From a virus (taxonomy: Duplodnaviria > Heunggongvirae > Uroviricota > Caudoviricetes): a DNA stretch of 64,000 nt. A model generated the notes under the pieces. It was not told the origin of the DNA. It searched no databases and saw nothing but the letters and a program-made list of their open reading frames with translations. Positions 19,127-29,483 of this stretch are shown in pieces (the first letter of the stretch is position 1; each line of letters starts with the position of its first letter). The stretch lies in the IMG/VR virus record IMGVR_UViG_3300011187_000002, one strand, 5' to 3'. The translations under genes and the position numbers were made by a program.

Positions 19127-19522
19127 TCAGACTGAGCACAAAGAGGTTAACCCTTCTACCAGTTTCTTGTAGAACTGATAGCTCATGCCCTTGCCGGGTA
19201 CACGCCGCCAACCGTAATTGGCTGCATTTTCCCCAATTTTTATGAGCTTGAAAAGACTGGTATAGTTAGTGAGATTCGTACCTTCACGGAGTTCGATACT
19301 TTCTACACTTCCTATCGGGGAACATTTCACAATCAGATCACGTTCGTGGGTCCTCATATCCCCGTAGATGCTTACAAAAGGTCGCTCGTATTTGAATATG
19401 ATCTGGATGTCGTATCCAGATCGACGAATAGAAGTAGGGCCGCCTATCCGTTTTGCCACTATATGTACTTGCTTGGATAGGCGGCCCAAAAAGTGTCCTG
19501 TGAGCGCCCTATTTCGAATCAT
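19127..19522 (-). CDS. hypothetical protein (MIRNR N-terminus), last gene of the NAD operon run
   Basis: overlaps the nadD 3' end. Confidence 0.5.
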   Translation of the reverse strand: MIRNRALTGHFLGRLSKQVHIVAKRIGGPTSIRRSGYDIQIIFKYERPFVSIYGDMRTHERDLIVKCSPIGSVESIELREGTNLTNYTSLFKLIKIGENAANYGWRRVPGKGMSYQFYKKLVEGLTSLCSV

Positions 19523-20189
19523 CGTACACACCGTAATAATTGATGTATCCCAGCACCATCTTGTCGAGGAACCCCGCCACTGAAGCCTTTCGCCGCATCA
19601 TTTTGATGATCCTTGACGACGAAATAGCAGGCAACTGAAAGCCGAGATCCACTTCGGTATAGTCCCCGAGAATGTCGGGTGCATCAACCACCGGATGCCC
19701 TTGTCGTGGAACCACGATGATTTGAGCCAAGTCACACAGACCCTCCGCATTGTTCCATTCGGGGATTTCCTCTACCAGATCCCCACCGATGATGTAAGAA
19801 AAGTCCACCTCGGGACACGCCTCTTTGAGCGCGGTGAGCGTCTGAACCGTGTAGTTGGGTTGTGGGAGTTTCTCTTCGACGGTGAGGACATGAACGCCAT
19901 TCAAATGTTCGAACGCCAGACGACACATCTCGACCCGCTGCTCGAACGGAGCAAGGTGGTCTTTGAACGGGTGGTCAGCACACGGCAAAATCCATAGCTG
20001 GTCCAAATCTTGCGTCTGAAGCACGCTCAACAGCATATAGACGTGCCCCATGTGCGGGGGGTTGAAACTGCCACCGTAAATCCCAACCCGATGACCCTTT
20101 CGTCTCGCTGTTCCGACGATTCCAACCCGTTCATCGGGATCGATATCCACCCATTTCAAAATGTGGTTTTCGTCGTTGACGTGTTCCAT
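19509..20189 (-). CDS. nadD: nicotinate-nucleotide adenylyltransferase
   Basis: GIYGGSFNPPHMGH (HxGH), YTVQTL, IIGGD, ISSS; TAATG coupling to pncA puts the start at 20189. Confidence 0.92.
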   Translation of the reverse strand: MEHVNDENHILKWVDIDPDERVGIVGTARRKGHRVGIYGGSFNPPHMGHVYMLLSVLQTQDLDQLWILPCADHPFKDHLAPFEQRVEMCRLAFEHLNGVHVLTVEEKLPQPNYTVQTLTALKEACPEVDFSYIIGGDLVEEIPEWNNAEGLCDLAQIIVVPRQGHPVVDAPDILGDYTEVDLGFQLPAISSSRIIKMMRRKASVAGFLDKMVLGYINYYGVYDDSK

Positions 20190-20812
20190 TATTTGAATAC
20201 CAGCTTTTTCTTGACGATCCCGGACCCGGCGTCCAGCATCTGTGACAAGGCAACACCGACGTCGCCTTCGTTTAACTCGACGCCTTCGGTGGCATCCCAA
20301 ATGAGCTTCGTGTTGAAGCCCTCTTTGCAAGCGTCCAATACCGTGAACTTGACGCAGTAGTCGGTTGCTACGCCACAGACGTAGACCGATTTGATATCTT
20401 GCTCACGGAGGTAGTCCGCAAGGCCGGTGTCTTCACGGTGCCCGTTGTCGTAGAAACCGCTGTACGAGTCGACCAGCGGATTCATACCCTTTTCGAACAC
20501 GGTATCGAACCGGTCGGTATTCAAACCATCGACGAATTCCGCACCCTCCGAACCCTGAACACAGTGGGTGGGCCAGAGAATCTGTTCCAGACCGTCGAGT
20601 TCGATAACTTGCCCCGGTTCCTTACCCTCGTGGTTCGAAGCGAAGGAGCCGTGGTCAGCGGGGTGCCAATCTTGGGTGGCAACGACGAGATCGAAAACGG
20701 GGCTTTCCATCAATTCGTTGATGGTTTCTACCAAGTCACGAGATCCCGGAACCGCTAAGGCACCGTCATCCATAAAATCGTTTTGCATGTCGACTACGAT
20801 GAGTGCATTCAT
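20189..20812 (-). CDS. pncA: nicotinamidase
   Basis: VDMQNDF, QDWHP, WPTHCVQG, KG, GVATDYCV catalytic and metal motifs. Confidence 0.95.
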   Translation of the reverse strand: MNALIVVDMQNDFMDDGALAVPGSRDLVETINELMESPVFDLVVATQDWHPADHGSFASNHEGKEPGQVIELDGLEQILWPTHCVQGSEGAEFVDGLNTDRFDTVFEKGMNPLVDSYSGFYDNGHREDTGLADYLREQDIKSVYVCGVATDYCVKFTVLDACKEGFNTKLIWDATEGVELNEGDVGVALSQMLDAGSGIVKKKLVFK

Positions 20813-20821
20813 GGGGCGTTC

Positions 20822-22768
20822 CTAATCAGAGGTTTTGATTTTCGATCGAAGGGCTTCTAGTTCTTCTTCGAAACCACTTGACAAAATAGGGAAACGGCAC
20901 CACGTCTTGGGGTCCAAGTTTTCGTCGTCCAAATGGAACGACGGTGCGTAGCGTTCGCGTTTCCATTGGTTGCGGCACCACAGTCGAAAGAATCTTTCGA
21001 TCCATTCCACGAGCTTCACCGCTTCGTGTTCCGTGTTGTACTGGAACCATTCGAAAATTTCCACCGGACTTAGCTTGTCCCGGATAGCTCGCTTTTCGAT
21101 AAGGTCCAGCACCTCGTAAGGCATGAGGTCGCTTTCGTCAGTCTGGTCGTACTCTTCCGGCTTGAGTTCCGCCGTAGGTTTTTGGTTGTTGACGTACCTA
21201 AGTTCCGGGATTTCTTTTTCCATTTCCTGCAGCCATTCAAGCAAGAAGGCTTTGTCAATGCCTCCGAGAGGTGACAGGCCGCCCGAAGTATCTCCGTCCA
21301 TCGTAGCATATCCGACCGCCGCTTCCGAACGATTGGAGGTCGCCAACAGAATCTTGCCTTCGGCATTGGCTATCATCCACGCTGAGGGACTCCGGGTGCG
21401 CGCTTGAATGTTCTGGAGAACCACATCGTGCTTTTCCCATTCCCATTCGATACCCAAGGCGTCCCCTATTAGCTCCTCGTAAGCCATAGCAATAGGGTCT
21501 ACATCAAGCTCTACGTACTTGGCGTTGATAGCCTTAGCGACCATCTCAGCGGCTTCACGGGTTGTTTCCGAGGAGTTGTGTGTTGCTTGATAGACGCATG
21601 TCAAAAGACGCTCGGGCCACATGCCTGTATAGCCGTTATGCGCCAGCTTGGCGGCAAGTTCCTCTTTGGTGTATGCCTCTTTTGCGTACTTACTCATGAG
21701 GTATACCAGTACGGCAGCCGCCGAAGAATCAGCACCACCGGACAGGGATACGACGTAGCCCCGGACGCCGGACTTGCGGTAATAATCGAACATACCCAAG
21801 GTCACGGCGCGGCTGAATTCTTCGAACTTGGACAGGTTCTGGGGGACAGCAGGCTGCGCCTTTTGTCGGAGTTTTTCGGTGGTCGTACCTCCGATCGACA
21901 AAACGTTGCGTTCGTCTTCATCCTCGGGCCTAAAACCTTCCCGGCTGAAACGTTGCATGTGGAGTGTGTCAAGATCCACATCTGCGCATACGGTAGTGTG
22001 GTCCCGAAACGAGAACCGCTCACCTTCCACAAGCACCTCACCACCCGATGCGATGAAAGTGGAACCGTCGAATACTAGCCTCCCGGATTCGTTGCCAAGG
22101 AGGTTGGCATAGACGTAGGCCGAACTAAAGGCCCTCGAACCTTCAACCACGAATTGCCTCCGCACTTTTTGTTTGCCGAAAGCAAAGTGGGAAGCAGACG
22201 GGCTGAAAATCACATCCACACCTCTTTGAGCAAGGTGGGATCCGGGCCGGTCAGCGACCCATGCGTCTTCACAAATTTCAAAGCCAAGCCGAATCCCGTT
22301 CCGCGTTTCGAATACGAAATCCCCGATAGGAACTTTCCCTATTTGGGGGATGTAAACAGAACCTATTTGCCCCGGAGGCCACGGCTTGAACCAGCGATGC
22401 TCATAATGCACACCATCCTTGGCGAGATTTTGCTTGGGGACAAGACCTTCGATGCGGCCATTTTGTATCACGGCCATGCAGTTGTAGATCCCGTTGCCGT
22501 AGACGACCGGAAGACCCACCACCGTAAGCATCCCGAAGTCCCCGAGATCCTTGAGTTTATCCAAGGCTTTAAGTGCTCGTTGATGGACGTGGGGGGATAA
22601 GAACATATCCTCACAACCATAGCCCGTGATGCAAAGCTCAGGGAGGCACAGCATCTGGACGCCTTTGGCGGAGGCTTCTTCCGTGGCTTTGATGATTCGG
22701 TCGATATTTCCTTCCCAATCCAGAGGTGTCTGGTTGAGGGAAGCGGCTCCTATACGGACGTACTTCAT
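20822..22768 (-). CDS. nadE: glutamine-dependent NAD+ synthetase
   Basis: nitrilase domain E-K-C triad (LPEL, PKQNL, ICED) plus synthetase SGGADS, NIQAR, PTAEL. Confidence 0.95.
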   Translation of the reverse strand: MKYVRIGAASLNQTPLDWEGNIDRIIKATEEASAKGVQMLCLPELCITGYGCEDMFLSPHVHQRALKALDKLKDLGDFGMLTVVGLPVVYGNGIYNCMAVIQNGRIEGLVPKQNLAKDGVHYEHRWFKPWPPGQIGSVYIPQIGKVPIGDFVFETRNGIRLGFEICEDAWVADRPGSHLAQRGVDVIFSPSASHFAFGKQKVRRQFVVEGSRAFSSAYVYANLLGNESGRLVFDGSTFIASGGEVLVEGERFSFRDHTTVCADVDLDTLHMQRFSREGFRPEDEDERNVLSIGGTTTEKLRQKAQPAVPQNLSKFEEFSRAVTLGMFDYYRKSGVRGYVVSLSGGADSSAAAVLVYLMSKYAKEAYTKEELAAKLAHNGYTGMWPERLLTCVYQATHNSSETTREAAEMVAKAINAKYVELDVDPIAMAYEELIGDALGIEWEWEKHDVVLQNIQARTRSPSAWMIANAEGKILLATSNRSEAAVGYATMDGDTSGGLSPLGGIDKAFLLEWLQEMEKEIPELRYVNNQKPTAELKPEEYDQTDESDLMPYEVLDLIEKRAIRDKLSPVEIFEWFQYNTEHEAVKLVEWIERFFRLWCRNQWKRERYAPSFHLDDENLDPKTWCRFPILSSGFEEELEALRSKIKTSD

Positions 22769-24249
22769 TCGTCGTCTCCGTGACCACGGGCTTCAAGAAT
22801 AAGTTGGGTACGCAATTCGTCGAGCGGCTTAGACAGACCGACCGGGTATTGGTGCGGGTTGGTGAAACGGCGGACACCACCGTGGAAACGCGCCTTTTCA
22901 CGCTGGGCACGTTGCTTGATAGCATCCAACGGTTCTTCTTGGTACGTTTCAACCACAGAATCGCCCAAGCCGCCTCTAAAGACCGACTGTAGCATGTCTA
23001 TGGATTGGTCGAAATCCAATTTCGTGCGGCGAGTGTTATCCATCGGATCGACGATAGTCGTACCGGGATCGCCTTGGTGCTCGTTGTAAATCATGTCGCC
23101 CCGGTACTCATTGCCGTCGAAAAACCGACGCACTTGCAAGTAACCGGGATTGCTGATTTTGATACGTTGTTCACTCAGCTTGATGCGGGGTTCCCATTCG
23201 CCCCCTTCCCGCTTGATAGCGGATAGCTTATACACACCACCCAACGCCGGTTGTCCCTTCGCTGTGACGAGGTTGGTGCCTACACCCCAGAGGCGAATCA
23301 AAGCGCCCTGTGACTTGAGCGACTTGATAGTGTGCTCATCCAATCCATTCGACGCCACGATTTTAGCGTTTTCGAACCCGGCATTATTCAAGATGCGACG
23401 AGCCGCGATACTGAGGTAGGCCAAGTCCCCGGAATCCAACCGGATACCGACCATTTCATGGCCGCGTTCACGGAGCTTCTTGCCCACTTTCACAGCGTTT
23501 TTGACACCTTCGATCGTGTCGTAAGTGTCCACAAGGAACACGCAATTGTTGGGCATGGCCTCAGCGTACTCTTCGAAGGCTTCCATTTCCGAGTCGTAGG
23601 ACATAATCCACGAATGAGCGTGTGTCCCTTTGACCGGAATATCCAGTAGCTTTCCAGCGAGTACGTTGGACGTAGCAGAGCAGCCTCCGATATAAGCTGC
23701 CCTCGACGCCATGATGGATCCGTCAATCCCCTGCGCCCTACGCAACCCAAACTCCAGCACCGGCTCACCTTTGGCGGCCTCACAGATGCGGGCTGATTTG
23801 GTGGCGATAAGCGTTTGGAAATTGATAATGTTCAGGAGGGCCGATTCCAACAACTGACACTGAATGAGCGGGCCACGAATGCGGACCAGAGGTTCGTGTG
23901 GGAAAACGACCGAACCTTCTGGTACGGCGTCAACGTCACAGGTGAAAGTGAGGTGTTTGAGGTAATCGAGGAATCCCTGTTCGAACAGGGGCTTGCCGTC
24001 GTTCCCTTGAAGGCTCGACAGGTATTCGAGGTCTTCGGAATCGAAATGGAAATCACGCATGTATTCGACGAGCGTGCCTAGCCCGGCAGCGATTGCGTAA
24101 CCTCCCCCGAAAGGGTTCTGTCGGAAAAACTGATGGAAGACCGCTTCGTCGTGTTGCCGCCCTTGTTTCCAATAGCCATAGGCCATCGTGAGTTGGTAAA
24201 GGTCGGTTAGGAGCGTAAGCGAATGACCGTAGAGCTTACTCAGATACAT
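22765..24249 (-). CDS. pncB: nicotinate phosphoribosyltransferase
   Basis: [22 protein letters not shown] phospho-His motif, DTYD, IRLDSGD. Confidence 0.95.
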   Translation of the reverse strand: MYLSKLYGHSLTLLTDLYQLTMAYGYWKQGRQHDEAVFHQFFRQNPFGGGYAIAAGLGTLVEYMRDFHFDSEDLEYLSSLQGNDGKPLFEQGFLDYLKHLTFTCDVDAVPEGSVVFPHEPLVRIRGPLIQCQLLESALLNIINFQTLIATKSARICEAAKGEPVLEFGLRRAQGIDGSIMASRAAYIGGCSATSNVLAGKLLDIPVKGTHAHSWIMSYDSEMEAFEEYAEAMPNNCVFLVDTYDTIEGVKNAVKVGKKLRERGHEMVGIRLDSGDLAYLSIAARRILNNAGFENAKIVASNGLDEHTIKSLKSQGALIRLWGVGTNLVTAKGQPALGGVYKLSAIKREGGEWEPRIKLSEQRIKISNPGYLQVRRFFDGNEYRGDMIYNEHQGDPGTTIVDPMDNTRRTKLDFDQSIDMLQSVFRGGLGDSVVETYQEEPLDAIKQRAQREKARFHGGVRRFTNPHQYPVGLSKPLDELRTQLILEARGHGDDE

Positions 24250-24285
24250 GACGTCCTTCGTATGGGTTAGCTTTCGTACTGGTCC

Positions 24286-24314
24286 CTTATACCCTTAATG
24301 CTCGTATTCGTCAA
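24286..24314 (-). promoter_or_regulatory. repeated early-type promoter driving the NAD operon
   Basis: TTGACG-17 nt-TATAAG, 36 nt upstream of the pncB ATG. Confidence 0.75.
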
Positions 24315-24720
24315 AAACCTTTCCGTCTTTTATGCAACTATCGAGGTCGAGGTTTGCGCGGCCAATCGTGTTTTTTGCTTTTTCCCAATCGGACCCCTTA
24401 AATTCGATCACATCCCAATTATCAACCCACAGTTCGGTGTCTTCCACATCGAACATGAGGCGGTTCGAGCTACTAATAACCGTCTCTTGACCATACAGGA
24501 GCCAGCACCGGTCCCCTGAAATTACAAGAGCGCTTTCTGGTTCAGACGAAACGACCCCAGCCTCTTGAAGACCAAATAAAGTGGACCACATGATGATGCA
24601 GCACCCCACAGAAATGAGCACTACCCGACCCGTACCGGTTTCCCAGAGTTCTTTGACTTGATCTTTGGTCCAGTCAAATGCGTTGAGGAATGCCCCCAAG
24701 ATGATACCGCAGATCATCAA
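24295..24720 (-). CDS. membrane protein
   Basis: hydrophobic segments; start uncertain. Confidence 0.5.
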   Translation of the reverse strand: MMICGIILGAFLNAFDWTKDQVKELWETGTGRVVLISVGCCIIMWSTLFGLQEAGVVSSEPESALVISGDRCWLLYGQETVISSSNRLMFDVEDTELWVDNWDVIEFKGSDWEKAKNTIGRANLDLDSCIKDGKVFDEYEH

Positions 24721-24847
24721 AAAACCGTAACAACTTTGCGCAAGGCTTTGATAGCGTACTCCTTACTGACCCGACGCCACCGTTGGAAACGGGTTTCCTC
24801 TTTTAGTCGTTTCTGACGGGCTGCTTCTTTGATGATTTTGGGATTCA

Positions 24848-25210
24848 TCACTCATCCACCACATCGCATTCGATTGTGTTGACGTCTTCGAGTTCGGCCC
24901 AGAACCGATAGCCTCTTTTACCGAAGAGGTGGCGGTTTGATTCGTAATTTTCATCCGGGCATGAGTCAATCAAGAAGGTGACAGAATCGTAGTCCCCGGC
25001 TTTTTGGCGGATGTAGATCCGGTCGACGGTCAACACCGTCCCTTCAGGCAGGGTGAGGTCATATTTGATGCCTTTACCGTACCTTTTGTCGTAAGGGACG
25101 TCCATTGCCCCTTCGATCAGGTTTTTATTCCGGCGCTCGTTTTGTACGCGAAGACTCCAGTCTTGGGTAAGACGGAGCTTGGTTCCAATGGTGGGGATAA
25201 ACAGGTTCAT
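24848..25210 (-). CDS. hypothetical phage protein
   Basis: 120-aa ORF, LTVDRIYIRQ motif. Confidence 0.65.
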   Translation of the reverse strand: MNLFIPTIGTKLRLTQDWSLRVQNERRNKNLIEGAMDVPYDKRYGKGIKYDLTLPEGTVLTVDRIYIRQKAGDYDSVTFLIDSCPDENYESNRHLFGKRGYRFWAELEDVNTIECDVVDE

Positions 25211-25321
25211 GATCGTAGTGTAGCTCGTAGTAAATTAAAATGAGTCTAGGGGTGGTCCTCAGGCTAAGCTGAAGGACACACCCCCAGACCAGTGGCTATT
25301 TTACTGACTTTGTGTGTCCTG

Positions 25322-25874
25322 TCAAGTCTGATACGTAGCAACGGCCTTACAGAAGGCTATTACATCTGTGTCTGTGAACTTATTGCGGCATATGTTAGCT
25401 ATATAGCTCACGTACCTTACATTTGACTGTACGTAGGGCTGGCTTATTTGAGTCGATTCGGTCAAGGCTGGCTGTGCGAGGGGTGATCTCCCTACCCTCC
25501 CATTCTGTTGTTGATGCAGGGAGGTAAAGTTCAACGCCAGAAATCGCACACTTCCCCTCTTGGTCTTCCCATAAGGCTTTGAGGTAGGGAAGGTCTACAG
25601 CTTTATCTTGCGAGGACACTTTATGGCCCTTGGACTTATGGCGTCTGCGTATAGCTGCAGTGAAGTACCTAAAAGGAGAATACTCGTCCCGCTGGGAGCC
25701 TACTTTCAGGTTCTCCGGCTTGCCTTTTAGGTTGGTTACGGGATCTTTCCCTTTATTGGAGCAGGGCTTAGAACAGAACTGTTGGTATCCCCGTTTCACT
25801 GCGCGGTTATGCTCCCCCAAGCGCCGGAGGAACTCCTCGCCACAATGATCACATTTTACAGATACTTCGGACAC
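25322..25874 (-). pseudogene. HNH-type homing endonuclease frameshifted by a 4-bp duplication
   Basis: Zn ribbon CDHC..FCSKPC, QEGKCAISG, ASLDRIDSNKP continuing as YVQSNV..AN in another frame; GGCT duplicated at 25437-25444. Confidence 0.75.
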
Positions 25875-25924
25875 AAAAAATCCCCTTGTAGAACCTCTAC
25901 AAGAGAAGCTCTACAAGGGGATTA

Positions 25925-26331
25925 TGGAGACGGAGGGAGTCGAACCCTCGTGTCGGAACTCTACTCACAAACGTCGTCTTACGTACATAGCGACCATTTG
26001 CTCTATTACCCTGCGAAGGGATTTGATGGCAAGTCGAGCGGTCGTCTTTGCTTGCCTCTAGTCTACTACCCTCAAGGGGTTAGTGATTACAACCTCCACC
26101 TATAGACTGGCTTCTATGAGGTACCCTAGTCACCGAAGGGTAAAGCGGGATCTCCGACCATTTACGTCCCGGTCCTTTTATCGGAGTCCGAGGTGGGACG
26201 AACGGCTATGCTGCCGCTGCGTACTGAGTTTCGTCAGTTGAACGAGTATGTCTTTGTTTGTGGCGGTCACATACACCCGCCAGAACGCGACGTCCATTTT
26301 CGTCAGCTCCGGTCGAAACCAGTGCGTCCCC
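25925..26331 (-). ncRNA. ssrA: tmRNA (transfer-messenger RNA)
   Basis: 5' GGGGACGCACTGGTTTCGAC; 3' GAGGGTTCGACTCCCTCCGTCTCCA; acceptor stem with G3:U wobble; tag ORF 26235-26206 DETQYAAAA-stop. Confidence 0.93.
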
Positions 26332-26345
26332 AAATGGTACAACCA

Positions 26346-26374
26346 CCTTTACCACAGGACACCTCCCCCGTCAA
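26346..26374 (-). promoter_or_regulatory. promoter for tmRNA
   Basis: TTGACG-17 nt-TAAAGG ending 14 nt before the mature 5' end. Confidence 0.65.
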
Positions 26375-26518
26375 ACATAAAACAGGGTTTGGTACGTGTG
26401 AGGTAGGTTGCATTTCGTATCAGTACATACAAACGGTAGCCGTACCAAATTCCCGTTGCACCTAAAACACCTTTCCGGTACCCATAAGAGTGTTGCTGAC
26501 CCACCCCGGCTTTCCACC

Positions 26519-26899
26519 ATGATTATCGACAAAACAGTTGTAGGGCTGATTTGGGGGGCTTTCCGGCAGGATACCGGCATGTCTTTACCCTTCCCCGCCG
26601 AAATTTTCGGGACCGGTTCGAATGCTTTCTACAGGGCTGAACCCGCCAAAGATGATGAACACTCTATTTGTATCCTCTACTCCGTCCGAGATACTGTAGA
26701 TGAACACCTCCAAAAGGTGATCATAGCGGGTTACTGGTACCCTGAAACCGACATGTTCAAGTACGAGATGCTGGACTCCGGCTATTACAATATGCGGTGG
26801 ATGCAGGCGGATGAATTTGGGATTTTAGCTTTGCTATCCATCCACGGCCCCCAGCGATACACCCTGTCGGACCTCCAAGAGATTTTTGACGGCTCCTAA
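26519..26899 (+). CDS. hypothetical protein
   Basis: start moved to ATG 26519. Confidence 0.5.
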   Translation: MIIDKTVVGLIWGAFRQDTGMSLPFPAEIFGTGSNAFYRAEPAKDDEHSICILYSVRDTVDEHLQKVIIAGYWYPETDMFKYEMLDSGYYNMRWMQADEFGILALLSIHGPQRYTLSDLQEIFDGS

Positions 26900-26914
26900 A
26901 TCTTAGGGTATAGG

Positions 26915-27238
26915 TTGGTGAGACGAGGACAAGACCCTACGACCTTGGAGGCACTGGTGGCCCGCAAAACGATTGACCTGACAAGTCTTATCGAGACTGT
27001 CAATTACCGCAACCGCAATTCGAAAGTCGCTCCCGAAGTTCGTGAGGGCTGGAACTCCCTGTTGGAATCGGCTTTACACGGGGCTGGCGTCTATTCGGGT
27101 TTCAACTACCTCCGTGAAAAGGACGTCCCGGAAGGGGAAAAGCCGGGCATCGTTTTCGACCACAGCGTGTCGAAAGACCACCAATTCCCGGACCCAAGTC
27201 GCCGTTTCTACAATGTCCACCCCAAATTGCAAAAGTAA
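26915..27238 (+). CDS. hypothetical protein (true start probably GTG 26957)
   Basis: follows promoter copy at 26886; GGAGG precedes 26957. Confidence 0.6.
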   Translation: MVRRGQDPTTLEALVARKTIDLTSLIETVNYRNRNSKVAPEVREGWNSLLESALHGAGVYSGFNYLREKDVPEGEKPGIVFDHSVSKDHQFPDPSRRFYNVHPKLQK

Positions 27239-27317
27239 TTTTGACACCGCCGCCCCGCTAGGGTATAAGTTAGTGAGGCGGCGATAGTCCTAATTCCTTT
27301 GATCTGCAGGAGACACC

Positions 27318-27641
27318 ATGACAAGGCGACAAGAAATCATCGAAGAGATTGCAAACAAGTTTGTGGACATCCAAGATGTGACCTCCCGCCAATTGAGTCG
27401 GAGTCATGTTGAGGGGCACATGGATCTCATTTACGAATTCGATTTTTGCGCCGCCAAGATTCCGGGCGTTCTGGAATACAGCCGCCCCCACCTTGAAGGT
27501 GCTGTTTTTCGTCGGGTCAAAGAGCTTCTCGAAGAACAAGAAGAAAAGCGCCCCGTGTTGGTCAATGTATTGACCGGTGAAGAACAAGTGGGACCCAAGG
27601 GCATGTCGCCCGACAACTTTTTCGAAATGATGTACAGCTAG
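27318..27641 (+). CDS. hypothetical protein
   Basis: AGGAG RBS; promoter copy at 27241. Confidence 0.65.
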   Translation: MTRRQEIIEEIANKFVDIQDVTSRQLSRSHVEGHMDLIYEFDFCAAKIPGVLEYSRPHLEGAVFRRVKELLEEQEEKRPVLVNVLTGEEQVGPKGMSPDNFFEMMYS

Positions 27642-27651
27642 GAGCAGTGCG

Positions 27652-27954
27652 ATGGCCACGGAAGGCAAGACACTCAAGAGGACTCACCCCGAAACGGACC
27701 TGCTAGTGACCGCCAGATGGAACCTAGCGGGTTCCGGGATGGTTTACGAGGTTTGGGAAGCATCTGACGACCAAGACCTGTATGATGTGTACAACGAAGG
27801 TTTTGGTCGGTTGGATACCAAAGTAGAAGGTGCTGATATCGAACGCATCCGGCAAATAATCCGGGACACTTACCCCGTATCCGATGAGGCAGTGCCCGTA
27901 GCTAGTGGGCTGTTACTGGTCGTGTTACGGAGGGGAGTTGACTACGATACGTGA
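27652..27954 (+). CDS. hypothetical protein
   Basis: AGGAG RBS. Confidence 0.6.
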   Translation: MATEGKTLKRTHPETDLLVTARWNLAGSGMVYEVWEASDDQDLYDVYNEGFGRLDTKVEGADIERIRQIIRDTYPVSDEAVPVASGLLLVVLRRGVDYDT

Positions 27955-27996
27955 CCCGAGGCATAATCGACGCCTACCCCAAGCGAGGGCTGTACG

Positions 27997-28320
27997 GTGT
28001 TGGACCGATTATCGCTTCAGAAATGTGATCAGATATTAGCTCGCGCCCTGAAGGCCCATGAATCGGGCAAAAAGGCGCTGAAGCTATCTACCAAAGAATT
28101 GATCGCCCTCCTGAAATACATCCGTAGCTTGCACACAACCATGAGGGACGTTCAGTTGGACCTCTTGCAAGGGTCGTTTCAGAACGACTTAGAAGCGTTG
28201 CAAAGCGCTGCTGATGCAAGCCTCGACCGTATCGAAAAACAGCTAGGGCCTATCAAGACGTTGTTCGAAGATATATCTGAAGTCGAGATATCGGAGTTTT
28301 CAGATGTCGACGAAGAGTAA
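27997..28320 (+). CDS. hypothetical helical protein
   Basis: 107-aa ORF in plus-strand run. Confidence 0.55.
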   Translation: MLDRLSLQKCDQILARALKAHESGKKALKLSTKELIALLKYIRSLHTTMRDVQLDLLQGSFQNDLEALQSAADASLDRIEKQLGPIKTLFEDISEVEISEFSDVDEE

Positions 28321-28627
28321 GATACCCCACAGGGTCGTGATCAAGATGCTGCGGGACAGTGGCGGCGTCTACGAATATGACGTCCATTACAAGGATGCTC
28401 TGTCTTGCTTACGTTCCTACCACAAAGAGCGGTTCCCGTCTGAACCAACCGGCGACGACGTGTGCGATTACATTACGTATATGGGCGCTGGGGGCATCGA
28501 AGACCTCATTGGACGCGAGGCTTCACGTGTGTGGGAAAGCCTTTCCACGTGCAGTATCAGCGTCGTTTACAAGCCCCTAAAGATTCAGTCCCCTTCCGAC
28601 CGCTTCGCTTACCTTATCGAAAAGTAG
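28304..28627 (+). CDS. hypothetical protein
   Basis: GGAG RBS, overlaps the upstream gene. Confidence 0.55.
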   Translation: MSTKSKIPHRVVIKMLRDSGGVYEYDVHYKDALSCLRSYHKERFPSEPTGDDVCDYITYMGAGGIEDLIGREASRVWESLSTCSISVVYKPLKIQSPSDRFAYLIEK

Positions 28628-28697
28628 CACCCTTGACAGCCTCTTAGGTCTTACGGTACCAATTAAGATTGGTACGTATTGATAAAATGGAGGCCGT

Positions 28698-29483
28698 ATG
28701 TCTGAGCACAAAGTACTCGTAGAACGATTAACCATCCAACAACATCCTGATGCGGATCGTCTGGAGGTAGCGCAGGTGGGGGATTACCAGTCCATCGTGA
28801 TGAAAGACCAGTTCGAAACGGGTGATCTGGCTGCCTACATCCCGGAAGCATCTTTGGTGCCGCAAGACATACTGAAGGAGCTAGGACTTGAGGGCCGCCT
28901 TGCCGGTTCAGATCACAACCGCGTCAAAGCTATCCGACTCCGAGGCGTCCTGTCGCAAGGTATCTGTTACCCGGCAAAGGACGGTTGGGAAGAGGGCGAC
29001 GACGTGACCGAAGATTTGGGTATCACGAAATATGAGCCGCCTATCCCCGCCTCCATGTCGGGTGAAGTCTATGCTGCGGGTGGACGCCGGTGCATGAAAT
29101 ACGATATCGAAAATATCAAACGGTATCCCGGTGTCCTCAAAGAGGGTGAAGAAGTCGTGATCACGGAGAAGATCCACGGATGTGCGGACAAGGACACCGA
29201 AATAGAGACGTTGGAACATGGAACTCTAACTATCTCAGAGATTGTAGAAAACAAGATCCCTTGTCATGTTAAAAGTATGAATGTGAAGACCGGAGATATC
29301 TCTTTTGAGTCTGTTGAGGGTTACTCTCAAGATCCTAATGAGGGTGATTGGTATGAATTGGAGATGGAAGATGCTGTTGTGGTTTTAACGGGGAATCATC
29401 CTGTGTGGTTGCCTGAGTTGAAATGCTACCGTCGAGTTGATCAATTAAAAGGGGATGAGATTTGCTTGCTTGATCGGGACTGA
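28698..29483 (+). CDS. RNA ligase (DRB0094/Rnl5-like) N-terminal half fused to split intein N-fragment
   Basis: HPDADRLE, RLRGVLSQG, motif I TEKIHG followed by intein Cys1 (29181) and block B LTGNHP; stop after 100 intein residues. Confidence 0.9.
   Translation: MSEHKVLVERLTIQQHPDADRLEVAQVGDYQSIVMKDQFETGDLAAYIPEASLVPQDILKELGLEGRLAGSDHNRVKAIRLRGVLSQGICYPAKDGWEEGDDVTEDLGITKYEPPIPASMSGEVYAAGGRRCMKYDIENIKRYPGVLKEGEEVVITEKIHGCADKDTEIETLEHGTLTISEIVENKIPCHVKSMNVKTGDISFESVEGYSQDPNEGDWYELEMEDAVVVLTGNHPVWLPELKCYRRVDQLKGDEICLLDRD

Noticed and set aside
20190-20330. N-terminal extension of nadD in the ORF track
   Set aside because: It overlaps pncA in another frame; TAATG coupling supports the start at 20189.
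22765-24249. Nicotinamide phosphoribosyltransferase (NARP2-type Nampt)
   Set aside because: Motifs ([20 protein letters not shown]) match PncB, and neighbouring pncA and nadE indicate the deamidated route.
25925-25960. Stand-alone tRNA from the GGTTCGACTCC T arm
   Set aside because: It pairs with a 5' end about 400 nt away and encloses a tag ORF, so it is the tmRNA 3' end.
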